This document shows positions 47,601 through 59,600 of a stretch of 64,000 bases of DNA, one piece after another; position 1 is the first letter of the stretch; each line of letters starts with the position of its first letter. Origin of the DNA: Octopus sinensis (lineage: Eukaryota); contig NC_042997.1 of NCBI RefSeq assembly GCF_006345805.1, forward strand, positions 93,682,001-93,746,000, given 5' to 3'. The notes beneath the pieces were generated by a model. That model was not told the DNA's origin, did not search any database, and saw nothing but the letters and a program-made list of their open reading frames with translations. The position numbers and the translations under genes are program-made.

Positions 47601-50600
47601 TGCTATGAGTTAATCATCATCATCATCATCGTTTAACGTCCGTTCTCCATGCTAGCATGGGTTGGACGGTTCGACCGGGGATCTGGGAAGCCAGAAGGCT
47701 GCACCAGGCTCCGGTCTTATCTGGCAATGTTTCTACAGCTGGATGCCCTTCCTAATGCCAACCACTCCGTGAGTGTAACAAGGTGAATAAATGCATCCCA
47801 GTAGATAAGGACAAAGGATGTCGTATGACCTCAGTACATCACTGCACACTTAACATTTGACCCACTTTAGTCTTTGGGAGTTATGTGCTTTTAACCCTTT
47901 CATTACTATATTTATTTTGAGATGCTCTGTGTTTCTTTCAATTAAGTATAATAAAGAATTTAGTAAAATAACTTAGTTATCATTAAGCTAGTGTTAGGAA
48001 CATAAATTGTGACTAAGGTTTGGTGGAAGATTCTAATTCAAAACTTATGAAAACAAGACATTTCTACTCAGATCCAGAGCTGGTTTCAGCCGGGTTGGTA
48101 TCAAAAGGGTTAATGACATGACAAATGTGAAGGAACATATCTAAGAAAATATGTTTTTCAAGGAAGAGGTTTCAATCACAAGCATAGGTGCCTCAGAGGA
48201 GTTAGGCATGAATCCCATTTCTCCTAAAGATATTTTACATAGAATTTACAGAGGTCTAACTAATTAGTGTTCTCTATCTCTCCCCCCTCTCTCTCTCTCA
48301 CACACACACACATCCTCAAGCATATGCACACACCTACACACAAGCACACAGTTTAACTAACACATATACATGCATCTGCACCCAATTGAATTCTGCCATA
48401 CATATGGTCAGTAAAAATACAGATTAATTAAAAACACTACTTTTTTGTGATGTCCAGACAGCTATTTTAGTGCATGTTTGTCTCACAGATAAGATAAATA
48501 ATTGGCCTATTTCTAATTCACTATCAGCAAGGAAAAACTGATGTTATGCCAATTATAATAATTGGTGGATAATATTTTTTATGATAATGTGAAAGAATAC
48601 AAGAGTAATAATGATTGACAACAGCACAGCCATTGCCACTGTCATCTAAGAGGGAACAGCTATGTGGTCTCTCAACCTGGTAGAAATAGAAGCCAAATCT
48701 CCTCCAAATCACACTTTACCAATCAGAATGGTCAAGGCTAGAATACTTTTGGTCATAGATCTACTCAAACAATGCTAATCTGGAGCTAGACGACAATAAC
48801 AATTACGACAAGTAATATCCTTAGGAAATGATAAAGAGCTTTTCATTAAACATTGACAGTGACATTAGATATCTGATTTACTGTATGAGGGAATCTTTCA
48901 ATATAATATTATGAAATCTTAAAATGTCATGAAACTCTACAATAGAATCAAATACCAACTCTGTGTTTTCTAGTTGCTGCTGTAAATTTTCTTTCTCTTT
49001 CAGCTTTTTCTTAAATTCAGCTTCTTTTTGTTGCATTTCAGCTATGGTCCCTTCACTTTCTTGGCATTTGGTGGTCAAGAGGGTGATATGCTGTAATAAA
49101 CAAATGACTTTCTCATATAATGATGGAGCTTCTCTATGCTGATGACCTTGCTCTAATAGCTAAGTCTCTATCAGAACATGAGGAGAAGTTTCAGGTATGG
49201 AAGCAAAGTCTCGAATCAAAGGGTCTTAGAGTCAATCTAGCAAAAACAAAAGTCTTAGTAAGTAGGAAGGCAGACAAATTGCAAATCCCTTCAGGTAGAC
49301 GACCCTGCTTGACCTGTAGAAAAGGTGTAGGTAGAAACTCCATAAGATGTACCCGGTGTAAGCTATAGACACATAAGAAGTGCAGCAATATCAAAGGGAG
49401 GCTAACTGGGAAGATGGTTTTTGTGTGTGGCAAATGCTCAGGGACAATAAACACTGAAAATGTCCAGAAAACAGCTTCCGTCAAATGCCAGTAGAAGTAG
49501 TTGATAGCTTCCATTACCTAAGTGACCAAATCAGTAGCCGGGGTGGATGCTCTGAAAGTGTAGCTGCTAGAATAAGAACAGCCTGGGCAAAGTTCAAAGA
49601 GCTCCTACCTCTGCTGGTAACAAAGGGCCCCTCTCTCGGAATAAAAGGTAGACTGTATGACGCATATATGCGAACAGCCATGCTACATGGCAGTGAAACA
49701 TGGGCCATGATTGCTGATGACATGTGTAAGCTTACAAGGAATGAAGCTAGTATGCTCCACTGGATGTGTAATGTCAGCGTGCATACACGACAGACTGTAA
49801 GCGCCCTGAGAGAAAAGTTGGACATAAGAAGCATCAGATGTGGTGTGCAAGAGAGATGATTACACTGATATGGTCATGTGTTGTGTATGAATGAGGACAG
49901 CTGTGTGAAAAAGTGTCATACCATAGCAGTAGAGGGGAACCTGTTGAAGAGGTAGACCCAGGAAGACCTGGGATGAGGTGGTGAAGCACGACCTTATCTG
50001 TGTCATACTGAATCTCCCTGAGAACTATGTTATTCCCAGTTACACTTTCCTAAAGTAACCAATCCAAAGGTCAAGCTGAAAATATATTATATTATTATAA
50101 ACAGTGAAGGCCTCATATTAATTTTCACCTCAGGTATCAATTATTTATAAAATGTAAATATTTTTAGCATTTATTTACCTACTTTCACAGTTCTTTAATG
50201 TAACATTTAATTAATTCTAAACTTTAAAATCCTGTTTCAATGCAACTGCCAGGTAATTTCTGATTAACTGGGGTTTATGGATTTACTGACTGGTATGGCC
50301 ATGGAATGTGGATGGGTGAGGATAGCTGTATAAAGAACTGCTGATTGCTAAACATGGAAGAAACATGTGGAAGAGGTATACCTAGGAAGACATAGGACAA
50401 AGTGGTGAAAACTGACCTTAAGATATTGAGCCTTTCAGAAGAGGAGACAGGGAACCAAAATGAATGGTATCACATTGTGCTTGAGAAGATTCATCCATCA
50501 ACTGAAACGTTATGTGGCTGGTGTTAGGAAAAGCATCTGAATGCTAAAGAGTTATATCTTGTTGGTTCAGTCCATCTAGTTATAGATAGAAACTATATTG

Positions 50601-53600
50601 CAACACAGTTCACCTGTCCAAACAGCAAAGTTACAATATGACTGACTCTTTCATCAACTTACTTTGCAGAGCTCAAATCCTCCCATAATTTAAATAACAA
50701 GGAGATAGCTACCATAGCTAACAGATGCTCTGAGATGCGTCATCAGTGGTGCCTCTGGGGGTTCTGGGACATTCAGCATCAGACCCTTACACCCAGTTGA
50801 TCTAGCCAGAATTGATCAAGTCCCACTAACAACAAACCATCATTCTACCCTCTTTATTAAAAGCCGCCGAATGGCCTTCCTTCTCTGCAACCTCAGTAAT
50901 GGAATTTATGGCCCTCTTTGCAGCAACCATTAACTCCAAGCCCAGTCACAGCTTTGTGGAATGAACACCCAGCAAAACCTCTAATATCCTCAAAATTTAA
51001 TGCTCACAATAATGAGATTAATTAAAAAAGGAGTCACAATTAATGAGTGACTCACCTTCTGGCAGTTAAGCATCTTTTTAGTAATCTCTTTCTCGTTGTA
51101 TTCCAAAACATCTATTTTGTTCTTCATTCTTTTCACTTTGTTCTTCAGTTCATCATTTTCTTGTATAAGTTCCATGGTTTTGTCTGACATCTTTGACATT
51201 TGAGCTGTGAGAGAAACATTTTCACGGATGGTTCGTTTTGTTGTCTCAGCCATTTGTTTATTAGAAACTTTTCGAAACTCCGCAACAAGTTGATTAACTC
51301 TCATAAACATGTCTTTCTTAAGTCTAATAAAAAGAAAACAAAAACATTCTGTTATATTATCAAATATTATTTTTTAGACCAATGCAATTAGGCTTAATTT
51401 GAGAACTAGAGCATGCAGTCCTTCCTATAAGAGGATTATACACATGTAAGATTACTAAAGAAATTTGAACTACTTGTCAAGCTATTTTTTTGAGAATGTT
51501 TAGCCACTATTGATATGTAATAGCTACATTTTATTAAGATTATGTTTTAGAAATATTTTAAGAGAGAGAGAGAGAATTTTACATATTTCACTTCTTTCCA
51601 CAAAAAAACTTCATGCCAGCTAGCTAATCAAAGCTCTACCAAATCTACACTGAGGCATTCAGTGGAAAGTTGTGACCAATACTATCACTTAGATTGTATT
51701 GGTCCATTACATTCTAAAAATAGCAGCTAAATCTCTCTCAAATCACAGCCTAATGTCTTAAAAAGGGCATGTAAAATATTGCAGTCCTGGGTTCCTTGAA
51801 CTTAGGGGGGAAATCATGACTTTTGAAGACTCAGAGGAATTACTGTTGAACTTCAATGTTCCAGTCATGTTGATGTGGAAGAACCATCATGCCTTGCAGT
51901 TTTGGTGGACAACTCATCTTCAGAAGAACATTGAAAAGATTGTCACCAGTGACCAGGTCAGATATTTTGGTGAGGTATTAACTTTATTCATCCCTTCTGA
52001 TGTTGGTAAATTAAAAAAAAAAAACATATCTACTGTTGACATTTCAACCTGGAAGCAACACTATGTCTCTGGGTGTCTACATTGTTTTGTTAGCTTCTGC
52101 TAATGACATGTTAAGTTTATTTCTACAGATTTTCGTAGAAATTATAGCCAGCACTGATTTGTTACAATGTTTCATATCTGAATACATCTAATATAAATAA
52201 CACTGTGATTGAAGATGGAAAAATAAGTAATAGGTGTATATGCATATTTCAGGAATTTTTGCTCCTTCTTCAGCACTACCTCCAACCCATCAGCCATCCA
52301 TGAACACATTGCACAAATAATCACTTAAATAATTCAGATATGAAATGCCGTAACAAATCAATACTGGGTATAATTTCTATAGAATATCTGTAGAGATAAC
52401 CTGAACATGCGATTTAATAGCACTGCTAGCACAGTAGGACACAGTATTGATTTAAAATATTTTGTATTGACTTTAATATATTTTGTAGTATATTATGGTT
52501 GCATAACAATATATGGTCCCCCAGCAAGTAATTCATAATTACTTCTGTTAATGGTCCAAGATAACCCAAGTAAAGACTTTGTCGATGACATTGAGAAGAG
52601 AGCTGTAATTGTTACAGTTGCTTCTTTCACCCCTGTCCTCATAGAAATCAATGATATTGGCATCCCTTGTGACCTGTAGTACAGCTCTTTTTTCACTACC
52701 ACCTATATAAAACTACCTGCAATGAAATGAAAGTAGTAAGACAGTCAGTAATAATCAATCGGTAAAGATCCCCTTGCTATTTGGGACATGGTTGAAGCTA
52801 AGGTGTTAATGGTTATACTGAGCTCTTCTAATGGTGGTTCTATGTCAAACTCATCCATGGTTAGAATGTTCACAATGATATCAAGTGCTGAGACAGACAC
52901 AGTATTCTCTTTGGTGTAGGGATCAAAGTAGCAATCTATTCATCTTTCCATCCTCAAGCCTTTATCTCTGATTACTTTCTTCAGTGTATAATTTGAAGGA
53001 AGTTGTCTTGCTCTGATCTGGCCTATGGTCTTTCTTAATACGTTCTTATATTTCCTTGATATTTTCTGTTATTGCAACTATCTGAATGGCTTTAGGCTGT
53101 GCACAGTTCTGACACAATGCCTGGCTGTTTATTTAGCATTGTTTATGGTTGCCCTGGGAATGTGCAGCTTCTGCTCACTAATTGACCACCTGCAATCATC
53201 AAGGACAGTGCACTTAGCTTTAATGACCGGATCCATGTTGGTTGACCTGAGCTCAATCCGGTGAGATGTTTTTAAAGTTTTCTTCCCAAAGACGGCAAGG
53301 GCAGTATACCTACTGCTATACATTTATAAAGAACTTTATTTGACTGACTGATAAAAGATCACTCTCCAACACACTACAAACACTAGCTCACAGATACAGT
53401 TCCTTCTATCTGCTTCTTCTAATACTGCTACCATAGCCTCTGACACTCTGAATCAATAAGTTGTACACCACCTCGATTCAAACTTATCTAATGCACTTCT
53501 ATTTCCTACTCTCATCACCCTTACTGTATTTCCTACTTTCCTCATCCCTCCTGATCCCACACTAAAAATACTTTGCTCAGTTCCTTTTACCTTAAAATAC

Positions 53601-56600
53601 AATCCTCAGGAATCCTCTCCCTGACACATTTCGTCTTAAAGGCATTGGTGACTTGCAGAAATTAATATCAGTGACATGAAGCCTGCAAAGACCATATGTA
53701 CTAAGAACAAATTAGTAGTAAAAAGAATAAAAACACACTGAAAGCCTAATTATAAACACCCACAACTCACCTGTCTTTGTCAATCACCTGTTTTTTCTCA
53801 AGTTGGTAGATAGTCTGTTTGTTTTGTTCTTCCATTTCTCGTAAATCCACTTCCATCTTAGCAAATTTCTCCAGAAGTTCTTTTCTCTGTATACGGAATT
53901 CTTCTAAAACAGCTAGTTTACCATCTGTTTGAGGAATATTATCAAAACATTTTCACTTTCTAAATCTACATTGTAAATATTTTAGCAGTCTAAAGACGAT
54001 AATAAATTATTATAATTTGTCAGTATAGAGGATATTTTCTGTTTTGTTTTTATTATTTATTGATACACATTAAGGTGGTGAGTTAGCAGATTCATTAGCA
54101 TGTTGGATAAAATGCTTAACAGCATTTCTTCCAGCTCAGCTCTTAACATTCTGTGTTCAAATTCTGCTGGGGTCAACTTTGCTTTCACCCTTTTAGATTT
54201 GGTTAAAATAAGTAGCAATCGAGCTCCGAGGTCAATGTAATCAACAGCCTCCCCCAGCAAAATTTCAGGTCCTGTGCCTAGAGTAGAAAGAATTATTTAT
54301 CGATACATATTTTTGATATTTACTATTTACTAATACAAAGTGCAGTGGATTGGCAGAACTGTTAGAGTGTTGAAAAAAAAAATACTTTGCAGTATTTGTT
54401 CTGGTTCTTTAAGCTCTGAGTTCACATTTTCCAACATCATCTTTGCCTTTCATACTTTTAGGGTTGATAAAATAAAGTATCAATCAAATTTGGAGGTAGA
54501 GTTGACCAATGAACTCTCTTCCATCAAAACTATTGGCCTTATATCTTAGCTAGAAAAAAATTATTTTAGGGCAGTGAAATGACAGAGTTCTTAGATCATT
54601 GGATAGAATGTTTTGCTGTATTTATTCCAGGTTTGTATAGTTTGGGTTCAAATCCCAACAAAGTAAGCTTTAACTTTCACTTATCTAGGATTCAATAAAA
54701 TTAAGTACCAGTCACCTGTCTAGATTCAATAAAATTAAGTACTGGAGTCGTGGTATTGACGAAAAGCCTCCTCTCAAAAATTATTGATCTGATACCAAAA
54801 TTAGAAATGATTATAAACTAATACACATTCTGTATTTTAATCTAAAGGTGCTCATGATTGCAGGTAGACTGACAGAGGACATTGTGTCTACACGTAGCCA
54901 ATGCAATGGATAAGTTACACTGGGCAACAAAAAAAGATTTATTGTCAGCTATCCAGACAAATGGTGCTGTAAATCAAGCATGCTGATTCTGAATCTGAAC
55001 TCAGAATTGCTATAGTATGTCAGAATTTTGAGTTATGTGCATAATTATCTATTAATACTATATTAGAATCAGAAATAGTTAAGTTCAAGGTAAATAATTA
55101 TTATAATAGCATATTAGTATTGTATATAGTAAATTTATGTTCAAGGCAAATAATATTATAATATAATGGTACACAGTATATTTATGTTAAGGGAATATGC
55201 ATCGTGCTCGTCTCCCATTGTAGGAACCAGCAGTAGTCACCTATCATGTGTGGATTGAATCAGCCTTGATATCTCGTTTCCATCTCAGATATGTCCTGGT
55301 GGAACCTCTCACCTTGCTCATCACCAAGGGCACCAAAATTCGAGATGAGAATGCAAGAAGTGCATTTTAAGAGACATTCCGCAGTCCATTCTTTCATACA
55401 CTGTTAGCATGTTGGTTATTAAATCAGCATAGTTTTCAACTCTATGATTTCCAAGAAAGTTCTGTACAAGTAACACGAATGTATCCCATGTCGTCAGCTC
55501 AACTATCAGATATCAATTTTCTGATCTCGGGTCCAATGAAAATGCCTGCTTTCAGTTTTGCATCACTTTTCTCTGCACCAAATTTTACTTTTAGGTACTG
55601 GAAGCCACAACCATCATGTGTCATTACTTTTACGAAGATTTTCATGAGGCCGAGTTTGATGTAAAGGGGTGGAAGGAAGATCTTTTATGGGTCTACCAGT
55701 GGCATATGCTGCACATTGTACTGACCAACTATGCTCTCTTTTAGGGTAGTCTTTTACAGTATAATGATTGCTGTCGTCATGGCTGTTTTAAACACACATG
55801 AAGTACATATTTTTGGTATATCCTGGCTGCAGTCCTAGGAAGAAGGAAATCACCTTTAAATCACCACAAATATTCCACTTGTAAACTGAGCAATTAACTC
55901 CATTCAGAAAGAGTTCCATTGATTCATAAGTTTCTTCTATACCGGGAACATGACCTACAGGAATGGAAGGTTTTACATTACCATTATGTGACAACACAGC
56001 TTTGAGGCTAACCTTACTTGAGTCTATAAACAATCTCCATTTGTTAGCCACATGCACATATCCTAGTTTTTGCATGAGTGCATTAACATCAGTACAGAAA
56101 CAAGCATTATTTTCTTGCTTGAAAAAGACGGATAAGCCTTTATGGTGGGAATGGAAAATGGAAATTTTTGTACCTTGCTGTAAGAGATTCCGATGCTGTA
56201 GTTTGGATCCCCAAACTTCTGCCCTCTCTTTTGTCAATGCTAGGTCTCTTACTAAATCATTCAAATCTTCTTGATTAAACTAGCCTTGCTCATTTTTCTT
56301 AGAATTACCTATGTACTCTTCATCAATAGGAGAGTAAGGGGGTTCGTCACACGATGTGTCGAGATTTTCAAGTGAAGTGTGTGAGAGGGGAACTGGGACA
56401 GGGTTCTTGAAGTCATGTGGGATTGGTTTTAGAGCCGACTTACAATCTGCATATACAATTTTTGCTTTGGTCTTTGAGAAAAGTAAAAGTAACAATTAGA
56501 GACATGATTAGTTGGCTCATGCCATATCATTGGTACAGCAAAAGGCATTCCCTTCTGTTTTCCATTCAGCTGCTGTGTATGGTGCAGCATATATGAGGTG

Positions 56601-59600
56601 CCCCCCTCTTGACTTGGTCCCCAACTTTACACCCAAAATAATATTTACAGGCAGTTTTTAATTTGGTGGCAATGTTCCTCCACTGGTCACACAGAGCAAA
56701 TTTTCCACAGACTTAACAAAAGCTGTCTGGTTGATTCACACAGCTTCTATTCATGATCTAACATAATGAACACAGTTAAAACAGTAACCACGCAGAGTAA
56801 GAGATACACATAGCACATCTGACAGCAACGTAAATGACACTGAGAGTTGTCAAGAACAAACTGGCATATTTGGCACTGCACACAATACGTCAGTGCCATC
56901 TATTGCTAAACTAAATAATGAACTTTCTCATAGTTTGTTTTATTGCTGTTACTTTTTTAATTTTGAATTAAGATCGCTTTCATTTTAGTAAATTTTATAA
57001 TATGACCTATATCTATCTGAAAGTATAGTTATAATCTTGCACATGCTTTTACCGCAGTAGCAAAATCTTTGTTGTCCAGTGTTATCAATAAGAGCATCTA
57101 AGAAATAAATTCATTGAAATATCTCTCCAAAGTAGTTGACAGCTTTTGCTGACAAGGTGACCTAATCAGCAGTGGAAGTAGATGTTCTGACAAAAAGGAT
57201 TCTCTCTCCAAACTAAGGGAAGACAACTAGTGTGGTCACAGCTCCAGTACTACAGACAGAATATTGCAGGAAAGAACTGCAAGACAGGTTCTTCAGACTA
57301 AGCCAACCAGCAGGAGAAATAGGGCTAGACCAAAAATGAGATACTTAGATAATATCCATAGTCTCAGTTGTTATTGCTTAGGAATTCAGCTGGAAAGTCT
57401 AGTGATGGTTGCTTCTGATTTAAACCAATGGAGGAGGTGCCTGAGGATTCTACTCACTACAACCCTCCCAAAAATAGTAAGCTGAGAAGATGGATGGATA
57501 GATACATGAAACTTGAAAGTGAAGAGCGATTCTGTATGGTAGCAAATGATGGAGATTGGATGAGAAGGCTGGAAAGTTAGGAAATGAGCTTGCTTACCAG
57601 TGTTACAGTCATGTTGTAAAGTTAGGGAGAATGAGCAAATAAAAAAATGTTATGACACATCATCATCATCATCGTTTAACGTCCGTTTTCCGCGCTAGCA
57701 CGGGTTGGACGGTTCGACCGGGGTCTGGGAAGCCAGAGGCCACTCCAGGCTCCAGTCTGATCTGGCAGAGTTTCTACGGCTGGATGCCCTTCCTAACGCC
57801 AACCACTCCATGAGTGGAGTGGGTGCTTTTTACGTGCCACCTGCACAGGGGCCGGGGGGTCCGGCATCGGTCACGATCGGTTCGAGCTTTTAACGTGCCA
57901 GCGGCACGGGGGCAACGGGATCCGGAGTACTTTGAATGGGTAGGGGGTATGTGGAATTGCTGCAGAAAGCAGCCCGGATCTTTGCAGTCACAGCATATCT
58001 CCAGAGATCTCAGTCCTTCGCCATTGCCTCAGTGAGGCCCAATGCTCTGAGGTCATGCTTGACTACTTCATCCCATGTCTTCCTGGGTCTACCTCTCCCC
58101 CTGATACCTTCAACTGTTTGGGAGTGGCACTTCTTCACACATCTCTCTTCATCCATCCGCAGCACATGACCATACCATCGCAAGCGTCGCTCTTGCACTC
58201 CACATCTGATGCTTCTTATATCCAGCATTTCTCTCAGGATGCTTACACTCTGTCTTGCGTGCACACTGACACTACACATCCAGCGGATCATGCTAGCTTC
58301 ATTTCTTTCAAGTCTACGCATGTCCTCTGCAGTCACAGCCCATGTTTCATTACCGTGAAGCATGGCAGTTCGCACACATGCATCATACAGTCTACCTTTC
58401 GCTCTGAGGGAGAGACCTTTTGTTGCCAGTAGGAGTAGGAGCTTTCTGAACTTTGCCCAGGCTATTCGTATTCTAGTGGTGATACTCTCTGTGCATCCAC
58501 CTCCGCTACTAACTTGGTCACCCAGGTAGCGGAAACTATCAACTACTTCTAGTTTCTCTCCCTGGAGTGTGATGGAATCTGTTTTCTGAGTGTCTGTTGT
58601 GTCTATTGTCCCTGTGCATCTGCCGCACATGAAAGCTATCTTATCTGTTAATTTCCCTTTAATGTTGCTGCACCTCTTATGTGTCCATAAGAGGTGCAGC
58701 AACATTAAAGGGAAATTAACAGATAAGATAGCTTTCATGTGCAGCAGATGCACAGGGACAATATATGAAATAATTTCAAATTCATAAAATATCTTTATTT
58801 TGAATTTAAAATTACTAAAATGAGAAAGAGAGAGAGAAGCATTTTCATGGTTGGCCATGAACAAGGGCATTTAGTCTGAGAGTTGATCTTCTCTCTAGAG
58901 GAAGTGATGGGTTAAGAAGGTTCTTCTAAAGTTTAGGTCATGTGATGAAAAGCAATAAAATATGAGATTTGACTATTATAACACAAATAAACTACATAAT
59001 TAAAATACTGTTGAAAGGTTTGTGCTTTTGAAAATATGCTTAAAAGGAGCAGTTGTTCTTTTGCACAAATGGTTACAGTAATGGCTTCACCAGATCTGTG
59101 ATATTTGAGTGAATGAACAATAGAGTACAAAGAGCTGAGAGAAAAAATATGGATATAAGAGTAATAGGTTGTGTACAACAGAGAAGACTGCACACGTATG
59201 GGCATATGTGACATGGCAGTTGGATAAATAAGTGCCAAGTAATCCTAGTGAAGAAACCTGTAGAAGAGGTATCAATAGAAAGATATAGGTAGAAGTGGTG
59301 AAGGTTGATCTCAGAATGTTGAACTGCAAAAGGAGAGACCTTGGTACAAGCATGATACTGTGCTGGTGAAGACACCATTAACTCATGTAAGCATGCAAAA
59401 ATAGGCATAAATTATACTGATAATCACATACACACATGCATATGTGTGTGTGTGTGTGTGTGTGTGAATGCACATATACGCATGTGTGTGTGTATGCATG
59501 TATACCTTTTGTTTTCTTTGAGTTGTTCCAACATACTGAAAAACAGACAGAATATCAAGAAAAACTGTCTACTCACTGAGAATTGTATTTTCTGCTGTGA

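Noticed and set aside
58010-58870. 286 aa ORF as a novel protein with an internal repeat
   Set aside because: It is a chimera of flank, fold-back duplication and RTE ORF2 C-terminus.
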